Source of the DNA: an uncultured Gaiellaceae bacterium | GTDB lineage: Bacteria; Actinomycetota; Thermoleophilia; Gaiellales; Gaiellaceae | NCBI GenBank assembly: GCA_963752405.1 | Contig: CAVVYB010000015.1 | Location: 279,664 to 343,663, forward strand | DNA: 64,000 nt | Direction: 5' to 3' | Part shown: piece by piece, positions 55,749-64,000 of the stretch | Layout of the letters: every line of letters starts with the position of its first letter | How positions within the stretch are numbered: position 1 is the stretch's first letter | The notes under the pieces: generated by a model | What the model was told of the DNA's origin: nothing | Databases searched by the model: none | The model's input: the letters and a program-made list of their open reading frames with translations, nothing else | Translations under genes and position numbers: made by a program

Positions 55749-57182
55749 ATGGTCGCATCTCCGCGATTGAAATGGTTCGGACTGGCGCTTCTCGGCGCCG
55801 TCCAGTTCATGGTCGTGCTCGACATCGCGATCGTGAACGTCGCTCTTCCCTCGATCCAGGCGGACCTCGAGTTCTCCCAGGCGCAACCTGCAGTGGGTGA
55901 TCTCCGCGTACGCGCTCGTCTTCGGCGGCTTCCTGCTGCTCGGCGGGCGGACGGCTGATCTGCTGGGCCGCCGGCGCGTCTTCATGGTCGGCCTGGTCAT
56001 GTTCGCGATCGGCTCTCTCCTCTGCGGGCTCGCGTGGTCCGAGGCATCGCTGATCGGCGCCCGCGCCCTTCAGGGTCTCGGCGCTGCCACGATCTCGCCG
56101 GCCGCGCTCGCGATCCTGATGACGACCTTCGCCGAAGGCCGGGAGCGGAACATCGCGCTCGGCGTCTGGGGCGCGGTCGGCGGCTTCGGCGCCGCTGCGG
56201 GCGTGCTGCTCGGCGGCGTCCTCACCGACGCGCTGTCGTGGGAGTGGATCTTCTTCGTCAACATCCCCGTGGCGCTCGTGGCTCTCGGCCTCGCTCCCGT
56301 CCTGCTCGGTGAGAGCAAGGACACGCGCGATCAAGACGTTCGATGCGCTCGGAGCGATCCTCGTCACCGTCCGGCCTCACCACGCTCGTGCTCGCCATCA
56401 CGCAGGGCCACGACTGGGGTTGGAGCTCCGCCCGCACGATCGGCGTCTTCGTCCTCTCGGGCGCTCTGCTCGCTAGGCTTCGTCGCCTGGGAGAACCGCG
56501 TCGCCGAGCCGCTGATGCGGTTCGGGATCCTGCGCACGAAGACCGTTCTCGGAGCGAACGTCGCCGGCTTCATCCTCGGCACGGCCCTCTTCTCGATGTT
56601 CCTGATGCTGACGCTGTACATGCAGCAGGTGCTCGGCTACTCGGCGATGAAGACCGGCGTCGCGTACCTCGCGGTCGCGGGCACGTCGATCATCTGGGCG
56701 AACGTCGCCGCGGCGCTCGTGGGCACGGTCGGCGTCCGGCCGCTGATCGCCGGCGGTATGGCGATGCTCGCCGTCGGCATGCTCCTCTTCACGCAGGTCT
56801 CGGTCGACGGGACGTACGCCAAGAATCTCCTGCCGGGCTTCCTGATCATCGCGCTCGGGCTCGCGTTCTGCTTCGTCCCGATCTCGATCGCGGCGCTCGC
56901 CGGCGTCCAGCAGGCCGAGGCGGGTCTCGCGTCCGGGCTGATCAACACCTCGCAGCAGATCGGCGGTGCGGTCGGGATCGCGCTGCTCTCGACGATCGCG
57001 ATCTCGCGCACCGAGAACGAGGTCGCTGCCGGCACGGCTGTGCCCGCAGGCGATGACCTCGGGCTTCCAGCTGGCCTTCTGGGTCGGCGCCGGGATCGCG
57101 TTCGTAGGCGTGATCGCTGCGCTCGTGCTGATCCGGCAGGAGGAGATCGTGGCACTCGCGCCGGCACTCGAAGGCAGCTTAG
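55749..57182 (+). CDS. MFS transporter, DHA2 (EmrB/QacA, 14-TMS) drug-efflux type (four or more frameshifts; 3' end uncertain)
   Basis: LALLGAVQFMVVLDIAIVNVALPSIQADL, WVISAYALVFGGFLLLGGRTADLLGRRRVF, ARALQGLGAATISPAAL, GVWGAVGGFGAAAG, WEWIFFVNIP, and later helices in ORFs 55897.., 56343.. and 56966... The end is placed at the TAG at 57180-57182 because a strong terminator hairpin follows. The uncorrected frame would run to 57289. Confidence 0.78.
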
Positions 57183-57188
57183 GCAGGC

Positions 57189-57226
57189 CCGGGGCGGGAG
57201 CGAAGCGCTGCTCCCGCCCCGGTTTG
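57189..57226 (+). terminator. intrinsic-terminator-like GC-rich hairpin
   Basis: CCGGGGCGGGAGC (57189..57201) pairs perfectly with GCTCCCGCCCCGG (57210..57222). The loop is 8 nt and the stem is followed by TTT. Confidence 0.55.
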
Positions 57227-57285
57227 ACAACGCCGGAGCTGCAGTGCAAGGCTGGCGTGGTGCGGATGGAAGCGGTTTCAAAGCG

Positions 57286-58328
57286 ATGAGCGGGAGCGAC
57301 CGAGCGAGCGCCCGGCCCGCCGACGATCGCCGATGTCGCTGCTCACGCGGGCGTCGGGGTGGCGACCGTCTCTCGGGTGTTCAACGGGCGCGCGAATGTC
57401 GCCGACCCGACCCGAGAGCGCGTTCTCGCGGCGATCCGGGAGCTGGACTACCGGCCGAGCTCGGTCGCGCGGAACCTCTCGCTGCGCTGCACGTTCGTGA
57501 TCGGCGTCGTCGTCCCGTTCTTCACGAACCCGTCGGCAGTCGAGCGCCTGCGTGGAATCGTCTCCGGGCTCGAGGCCGTCGCCTTACGACCTGGCGTTGT
57601 TCGACGTCGAGTCGCCCGACCGCCAGCGTCGCGCGTTCGACACGTTCGGCCGCGGCGACCGGGCCGACGGGCTGCTCGTGGTCTCGCTCGTCCCACCCGA
57701 TGTCGAGCTCGTGCGCCTCGAGGCAGCGCAGATTCCTTGCGTCCTCGTCGATGCGCCTCACCCCGTTCTGCCGACCGTCCTCTCCGGACGATGTCGTCGG
57801 CGGCGAGCTCGCCACCCGCCACTTGCTCGAGCTCGGCCACCGGCGCATCGCGTTCATCGGAGACAAGCCGCCGGACCGGTTCCGTTTCCACTCGAGTCGA
57901 GACCGGACGGAGGGCTACGTCCAGGCGCTGACCGAGGCCGGCGTGTCGGTCCGACCCGAGTACGTGCGCGAAGGGACGCAGAGTCGCCAGGTCGCGCAGA
58001 GCATCGGGGAGGAGCTGCTGCGCCTACCGGAGCCGCCGACCGCGATCTTCGCCGCGTCCGATACGCAGGCGCTCGGCGTGCTCGAGGCGGCGCAGGCAGC
58101 TGGGTGTGCGTATTCCGGACGAAGCTCTCCGTCGTCGGCTTCGACGATGTCGAGGCCGCCTCCTATGCGGGGCTCACGACCGTTCGCCAGCCGCTCTTTG
58201 AGAGCGGCCGCCGCGGGGCCGAGCTGTTGCTTCAGGCGCTGGCAGGCGAGTCACTCGTTGGTCGTTCGGAGAAGCTGCCGCTCGACCTGGTTGTGCGTCG
58301 GACGACGGCTCCACCCGCACCCGCCTAG
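57286..58328 (+). CDS. LacI-family transcriptional regulator (many frameshifts)
   Basis: PTIADVAAHAGVGVATVSRVFNGRANVADPTRERVLAAIRELDYRPSSVARNL (HTH, ORF 57359.. frame), GLLVVSLVPPDVELVRLEAAQIPCVLVD (57552..), GHRRIAFIGDKPP...SRDRTEGY (55897.. frame), AIFAASDTQALGVLEAA, VVGFDDVEAASYAGLTTVRQP. Confidence 0.8.
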
Positions 58329-60387
58329 TCCTCCGAGACCAGCACCGCACCGTCCTCCACGACGGCCGTCCAGGTCGTCCCCAGTGCAGGGATGCTCTCG
58401 AGCCGGAGGGTGTCGAGCCAGTCCGGCAGCTCGCCGGTGGCCGTCGAGACGAGACGCCGGTTGGCTGCGTCGGGCTCGATCCCGACGAGGAGCCGCAGGA
58501 GGAGGACGATCGTTCCGGCCGCCCAGGCTTGCGGCTTGGACGCGGTCGGGTAGACGATCGGATGTGGGGCGTCGGCGCGCGAGAAGCCGGCGAACACCTC
58601 CGGGAGCTGGAAGTCGAAGAACGACGCGGCCTCGAACATCGACCACATGATCCGGCGTGCCTCCTCCTGCCTCCCGTAGCGCGCGAGCCCCCAGCGCGAT
58701 GAGCGAGTTGTCGTGGGGCCAGACGGTGCCGTCGTGGTAGGCGAGCGGGTTGTAGCCGGCGTCGTCGGAGGCCATCGTCCGGACGCCCCAGCCGGACCAG
58801 AGCGTTGGCCCGAAGAGCTGCTGCACGAGTGCGTCGACGCGCTCCTCGGGCACGATCCCGCTCCAGAGCAGGTGCCCGATGTTGGAGGTCAGTGAGTTCA
58901 ACGGGCGCTTCTCGCCGTCGAGCGCGAGCGCATACGTCCACCGCCCGGACGCTCGCACCAGAACGCCTCGTCGAAACGCTGTCGCAGCTCGTCCGCGTCG
59001 CGCTCGAGCCGGTCGGCCAGTGCCTCGTCCCCCCAGACGTCGCGCGCCAGCTCGGCCAGCCGCCGCTTCGCGTCGTACACGTAGCCCTGGACTCGGCGGC
59101 TGCGATCGCTCCCCGCGCGCTGCGTGCCGTCGTGGAAGAGCTGCGAGTCGTGCGAGTCCTTCCAGGTCTGGTTCTCCAGTCCGTGCGCGACGCGGCGCTG
59201 GTACTCGACGAAGCCGTCGCCGTCCGAATCTCCCCAGTCGTCGATCCACGCGAGTGCGAGCAGAGCGGGCTCGCGCAGCTTGCGACGCGAACGCGTCGAT
59301 CGTGGTTCCAGCGCCAGACGTCGGAGAGCAGGATGAGGAAGAGCGGTGTCGCGTCGACGGTGCCGTAGTAGCGGGCGAAGAAGGCGCTCGCTCCCTGACC
59401 GGACCGGAGCTCGTGCACGATCTTGCCCGGCTCGGCGTCGATCGAGGGATCGTCCTCGGTCGCCTGCAGCCGCGCGAGCTCGCGCAGCGCGGTGTGCGCG
59501 AGGTCCTTCCGAGCAGGAGCGTCTGCAGGCTCGCGATGATCGTGTCGCGTCCGAAGACGGTCATGAACCACGGCAGCCCGGCGGCGATCAGCTCCCCGTT
59601 GTCGCTGGCCGCGCAGCCGTAGCGCGGCGAGATCGTCGATCGCCCGGTCGTACGAACGCTGCAGCACGGCCACGCCCGTCGTGAGCTTCGGCACCGTGCT
59701 GCCGCCAGGCGCTCAGCGAGGCCTCGACGCGACGGCCCTCGGCCGGCAGCGCTACGACAGCCGCCTCGGCCTCTGCCGCGCTCAGTCCGGGCGCGAACTG
59801 AAGGTCGAGCTCCCACTCGGCGTGCGGAGCGAGGGAGACGATGAAAGCCGAGGCCGCGTTCGGTGCGCCGGCCGGGCTGCGAGAAGGTGACCACGGTGAC
59901 GAGGTCCGAAGCCGTGTCGGCGAAGCGCAGCTCGTGCGCGTCGGAGTCGTATTCGGCCGGGGCCGGGCCGGGGAGCGGAGCCATGTCGATCGCGTCGCCG
60001 AGGCTGAAGTCGTGCGCCTTGACGGCGAAGATGTCTGCGAAGTCCGCTGCGAGCTCCAGCTCGACCTCCAGCTCGACGCTGGCGGGCTCCGAGGTTGCGC
60101 ACGATGAGCTGCTCCTCGAGCCCGACGGAGATCCTGCGCCTGCGAACGATCTCCAGCTCATCGTGCTCGAGCCCGCCTGCGAGCGGGTTGCGGCTGAAGT
60201 AGGAAGCGGCATGGGGGTCGCCGCGCCGTCCCGTCAGGAGCTCGGGCCGGGCGCCGTTGACGAGCAGGACGAAGCGCGACAGGAAACGCGCGTGTCATGG
60301 GCGAAGAGCCCGGCCGGGAGGGAGGTCGATGTCGCCGCGCTCGTCGGCAATGCAGAACGTCGATCCGGCGAGAATCGTCTCTGGCAC
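58325..60387 (-). CDS. glycogen-debranching-enzyme family protein (GDE N-terminal domain + amylo-alpha-1,6-glucosidase (alpha/alpha)6 domain; many frameshifts)
   Basis: N-terminus VPETILAGSTFCIADERGDID...GLFAHDTRFLSRFVLLVNG. Central GLPWFMTVFGRDTIIASLQ, GKIVHELRSG, YYGTVDATPLFLILL, DGDGFVEYQRR, NQTWKDSHDS. C-terminal NIGHLLWSGI, GWGVRTMASDDAGYNPLAYHDGTVWPHDNS, and ORF 58325..58648. Confidence 0.75.
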
Positions 60388-60484
60388 GGCGCGCGAGAAT
60401 ACCCCCTGTCCCCGCGGCTGCGCGGAGCCTCGCGCTGCGGGTTTGCATTTCGCTCGAAAGGGTTGGTTTTACTCCGCGGCGGGT

Positions 60485-60510
60485 AATCTATGGAACCGGT
60501 TCCATAGATT
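60485..60510. promoter_or_regulatory. LacI-type operator (26-bp perfect palindrome)
   Basis: AATCTATGGAACC|GGTTCCATAGATT is centred on CG, as in LacI-family operators. It lies 25 nt upstream of the SBP start codon, in the 147-nt divergent spacer between the GDE gene and the ABC operon, ~2 kb from the LacI gene. Confidence 0.6.
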
Positions 60511-60534
60511 GCAACTTTTCACCAGGAGGGGGAC

Positions 60535-61769
60535 ATGAAGCGCTACCGCCTACTCGCCGTCGCGGTTTGCACGGGTCTTTTCGTGCTGGCCGGCATCGGC
60601 GCCAGCACGACCGAGGGGAAGACGGCGGCACCTGCCGCCACGCAGGCATCCGGGACGGTCAAGCTCTCAGGCTGGGCGTCCTCACCCACGGAGACGAAGC
60701 TGTTGAGACAGGTGATTCGAGGGTTCGAAAAGACGTTCCCGACGATCAAGGTCGAGTACGCCCCCGTCTCCGGTGACTACCCGGCGGCGATGCTCGCCCA
60801 GTTCGCCGCGCGGACGCCGCCGGACGTGTTCTACGTCGATTCGAACGTGGCGCCCGACTGGATCAAGCAGCGCGTGCTCGAGCCGCTCGACCCCTTCGTC
60901 GCCCAGAGCAAGCTCAAGACGGCCGCGTTCTTCCCGTCGCTGCTCAACGGCTTCAAGGGACCGGACAAGAAGCTGTACGGCTTCCCGAAGGACTGGTCAC
61001 CGCTCGCGATGCAGACCAACAACCGGCTGTTCAAGAACTCGAACGTGCAGATCCCGACCAGACGTGGGCGCAGCTGAGCGCGGCAGCCAAGAAGCTGAAG
61101 GTTCCGGGTGGGCGGGCAATCTGCCTGTCGCCGAGCTGGGACCGCCTGCTGGCGTTCGTCTACCAGAACGGCGGCACGTTCCTGAACGCGGCGAAGACGA
61201 AGTCGACCGTCAACACTCCGGCGGTCGCCCAGGCCGTCAACTTCTACGTCGGCCTGATCAAGAGCGGCGTCGCGGGGACGACCGCGCAGCTCGGCGTCGG
61301 CTGGTGCGGAGAGGCGCTCGGCAAGGAGAAGGCCGCGATCGTCTTCGAGGGCAACTGGCTCGTGCCGTTCATGGGCGAGACGTTCCCGAACGTCGCGTTC
61401 ACGAACAACAGGATGGTGCGGGGCAAGCAGGACGGCAACCTCGCCTTCACCGTCTCCTACTCGATGGCGCGCGACTCGAAGAACAAGCCGGCCGCGTGGC
61501 AGCTGATCCGCTACCTCGTCGGCCAGCCGGGCATGAAGACGTGGACCTCGAAGGGCCTCGCGCTGCCCTCGCGGAGCGACGTCAAGCCGGTGGCGGGCCG
61601 CGCTTCGTTCATCGCCGCTGCTCCGGCAGCGCGCCCGTGGCAGTTCGCGCCGGCGTTCACGAAGGTGATGGACGTTGCGAACAACGAGCTCACCGCCGTG
61701 CTGGAGGGGAAGCAGACCGTCCCCGGCATGCTGAAGAAGATCGAGACAACGGCGAACGACGCCCTCTAG
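60535..61769 (+). CDS. sugar ABC transporter substrate-binding protein (family 1 SBP; 2-nt insertion near 61058)
   Basis: AGGAGG Shine-Dalgarno sequence. MKRYRLLAVAVCTGLFVLAGIGAS signal/lipobox-like N-terminus. FYVDSNVAPDWIKQRVLEPLD, YGFPKDWSPLAM, then frame 3: TWAQLSAAAKKLK...IVFEGNWLVPFM...KPAAWQLIRYL (ORF 61362..61769). Confidence 0.85.
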
Positions 61770-61782
61770 GCCGTTCGTTCCG

Positions 61783-61823
61783 TCCTCCTCCTCCGCGCGT
61801 TTGCCGCGCGGGGGAGGAGGAGA
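61783..61823 (+). other. GC-rich hairpin between the SBP and permease genes (intra-operon attenuator/stabiliser candidate)
   Basis: TCCTCCTCCTCCGCGCG-tttgc-CGCGCGGGGGAGGAGGAG is a near-perfect inverted repeat right after the SBP stop. No clear T-tract follows. Confidence 0.4.
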
Positions 61824-61853
61824 ATCTTCCCCGACACGCTGAGGCGAGGCGGA

Positions 61854-62755
61854 GTGGCGGCGACGGCGAAACGACAGCAGAACACACTCAGTAGCGCCCG
61901 CCTCCGTGAGGCGCTCGTCGGTTACGCGTTCATCGCGGTGCCGATGGCCGTCTTCCTCACCTTCTTCATCTACCCGCTCCTGCTACTCGCTCTACATCAG
62001 CCGCTACGACTGGGGCGTCTTCGGGAAGATCGAGACTGCTCGGCTGGGAGAACTACCGCGAGTTGTGGCACGACGAGATCTTCTGGCGGGCGATCAAGAA
62101 CACCCTCCTGTACACGGCAGTCGTAGTCCCACTCGAGATGGCGCTGGCGCTCTCGCTTGCGGTCATCGTCAACGCGGGCATCCGGGGCAGGTCGTTCTTC
62201 CGCTCCGCCTTCTACTTCCCTTCGCTCGCGTCCTCGGCAGCGATCACCGCGATCGCGATCTACATCCTCTCCGCCGACGGGCTGCTGAATGCGGTGATCG
62301 GCGGCGATCGCTCGTGGTTCGGCGACTCCGACACGGCGCTCTGGTCGATTGCCGGCCTGAACGTGTGGACGACGTCCGGGACGATGATGCTGTTCTACCT
62401 CGCCGCCTGCAGGCGATCCCGACCGACGTCTACGAGGCGGCTGCGATGGACGGCGCCAAGACGTGGCGGACGTTCTGGAAGATCACCTTCCCGCTCCTGA
62501 AGCCGGGCCACTTCTTCGTCTCGGTCGTGGCGGTGATCGGAGCGCTCCAGGTGTTCGACCAGGCCTTCATGGTCTCGAACGGCTCCGGCGGACCGAGCCT
62601 ATTCGACGCTCACCGCGGTGCTGTACCTCTACCGGACGGCTATCCGTGACGTGCGGTTCGGCTAGCGGCTACGATGGGGATCGTGCTCTTCGTCGCTGAT
62701 CTTCACGCTGACGTTGATCCAGCGGTTGCTCTTCGGCAAGGCGGAGACGGCCTGA
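61854..62755 (+). CDS. sugar ABC transporter permease (MalF-like; several frameshifts)
   Basis: LVGYAFIAVPMAVFLTFFIYPL, YSLYISRYDWGVFGK, then ORF 62063..: FWRAIKNTLLYTAVVVPLEMALALSLAVIVN...TMMLFYLAA, then IPTDVYEAAAMDGAKTWRTFWKITFPLLKP (EAA loop, ORF 61906.. frame). The tail ends at the TGA at 62753-62755. Confidence 0.8.
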
Positions 62756-63628
62756 TGGCGATCGACGTCGCTCGGATCGAAGAGGTCGACCGCACCATCC
62801 CGGCGCGCACGCCGGGAGAGCGTTGGCGCCGCGTTCTGACCTACGCGATCCTGTTGGCGATTTCGGCGCTCTTCTTTGTTCCTTTCCTGTGGACGATCTC
62901 GACCTCGCTCAAGACCCTGCCTGAGACGACCGGGTTCGACCTGCTGCCGAACAATCCGAGCCTGCGGGCCTACCGCGAGGTCCTGACCGAGTTCGACTTC
63001 CTGCGCTACGCGGCCAACAGCTTCTTCCTCGCCGCGATGATCACGCTGGCAAATCTCATCCTCTGCTCGATCGGCGGCTACGCCTTCGCGCGGCTGGTTC
63101 CCGGGGCGCGAGGTCCTCTTATGCTCGTGCTGGCGACGCTGATGATCCCGACGAGCTGCGGCTCGTGCCCGTGTTCGTGATGCTCAGCGGCTGGGGGCTG
63201 GTCGGCTCGTTCGAGGGCTACATGCTGATCAAGCTCGTGCTGGCGACGAATCTCTTCTTCATGCGCGAGTACTTCCTGACGATCCCCAGGGACTTCGAGG
63301 AGGCGGCGAAGCTCGACAACGCAGGACACTTCAAGACGTTCTGGAAGGTGATGCTTCCCCTGACAGGGCCGGCGCTGGCAGCGATCACGATTCTCACCTT
63401 CCAGGGCATCTGGAACGAGTTCTTCTGGCCGCTGATCCTGCTCGGCTTCGGCGATCCGGACCACTACACCGTCAGCTCGGGATCGCCCAGTTCAGCTTCC
63501 AGTACCAGACACTCTGGCCGCAGCTGATGGCGGCGAGCGTGATCGCGATCCTGCCGATCGTCGTCATCTTCCTCTTCTTCCAGCGGTACTTCGTGGCCGG
63601 CGTCGTCGCTAGCGGGGTCAAGGGATGA
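62755..63628 (+). CDS. sugar ABC transporter permease (MalG-like; several frameshifts)
   Basis: The ATG at 62755 overlaps the previous stop (TGATG). RVLTYAILLAISALFFVPFLWTISTSLKT, then ORF 63165..: YMLIKLVLATNLFFMREYFLTIPRDFEEAAKLDNAGHFKTFWKVMLP (EAA loop). The tail LWPQLMAASVIAILPIVVIFLFFQRYFVAGVVASGVKG* ends at 63626-63628. Confidence 0.8.
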
Positions 63629-64000
63629 CGGTCAAGGGGGCTCTGCGCAGTGCGCTGCGGGACATGTACGAGCAGTCGTGGCGGCTGGTGGTTCTGAACA
63701 GCGCTCTCGCTGCGGTCGTGCTCGCAGTGCTTTGGCTGGCGAGCTACGCGCCGATCGCCCTCGTGCTCGGCGTCGGCCTCGGTCCGCTCGTCGCCGCGCT
63801 GATGCACTGCGCCGTCTGCCTCGTCCGGGACGGGGAGCTTCGGCTCGCGACCGCAGTCGAGGGTGTGCGGCTGCACTGGCTGCGTGGGCTCCAGCTGGGG
63901 CGCTGGCCGGTGTCGTGGTGCTCGCCGGGGCGGTGGCCCTGCGCAGCTACGGCTCGGCCGGAGCGCTCACGTGGCCGCTGGCGTTCGTCGCCGCGTATCT
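63625..64000 (+). CDS. small integral membrane protein, DUF624/YesL-like accessory of sugar ABC operons (3' end outside window; one frameshift near 63900)
   Basis: ATGA overlap with the permease stop. MTVKGALRSALRDMYEQSWRLVVLNSALAAVVLAVLWLASYAPIALVLGVGLGPLVAALMHCAV. The position after the two permeases is typical. The family assignment is tentative. Confidence 0.45.
   Translation, partial: MTVKGALRSALRDMYEQSWRLVVLNSALAAVVLAVLWLASYAPIALVLGVGLGPLVAALMHCAVCLVRDGELRLATAVEGVRLHWLRGLQLGRWPVSWCSPGRWPCAATARPERSRGRWRSSPRI

Overview
GC-rich, actinobacterial-type, origin-proximal chromosomal segment. It opens with the conserved cluster dnaN (3' end)-recF-DUF721/dciA-gyrB-gyrA. The rest is tightly packed housekeeping and nutrient-uptake operons, in this order. 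(1) A small MerR-type gene and an SPFH/NfeD pair. (2) A ROK-regulated sugar ABC importer with a GH4 6-phospho-glycosidase, a BadF-type kinase and an MsiK-like ATPase. (3) A secreted PGRP-type amidase. (4) An ECF sigma factor followed by fabZ-fabH-fabD-fabG-fabF. (5) A run of small GNAT, cupin and HAD enzymes. (6) An arginase-fold protein with a zinc ribbon. (7) accD-accA. (8) A three-domain LigD. (9) A hypothetical gene coupled to a large M48 membrane peptidase. (10) ndh. (11) Sulfate transporter cysP-cysT-cysW, then a cysA remnant, a second heavily damaged cysT-cysW pair and an intact cysA. (12) An Rrf2 regulator and a homocysteine methyltransferase. (13) An ECF42-like sigma factor with two DGPF/YCII genes. 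(14) A DUF1998 helicase. (15) A TPP riboswitch with thiD-thiM-thiE-thiL. (16) trxA, a GT2 mannosyltransferase, PolX, a PLP decarboxylase and an HxlR/MFS pair. (17) A LacI regulator, a GDE-family glucosidase and a second sugar ABC importer. I recognised no rRNA, tRNA, CRISPR array, transposase, integrase or known defence genes. The dominant technical feature is that about half of the genes are interrupted by short frameshifts, mostly of the 1-nt insertion type, and these include essential gyrB and gyrA. Many gene spans below are therefore stitched from several ORF-track fragments, and their ends are approximate to within a few nt. I did not find a convincing new multi-gene system. The items most worth a second look are the palindrome-bearing ~100-nt insert at the thiM/thiE junction, the duplicated cysTW(A) module, the hypothetical + M48 polytopic peptidase operon, and the Cys-rich arginase-fold variant.
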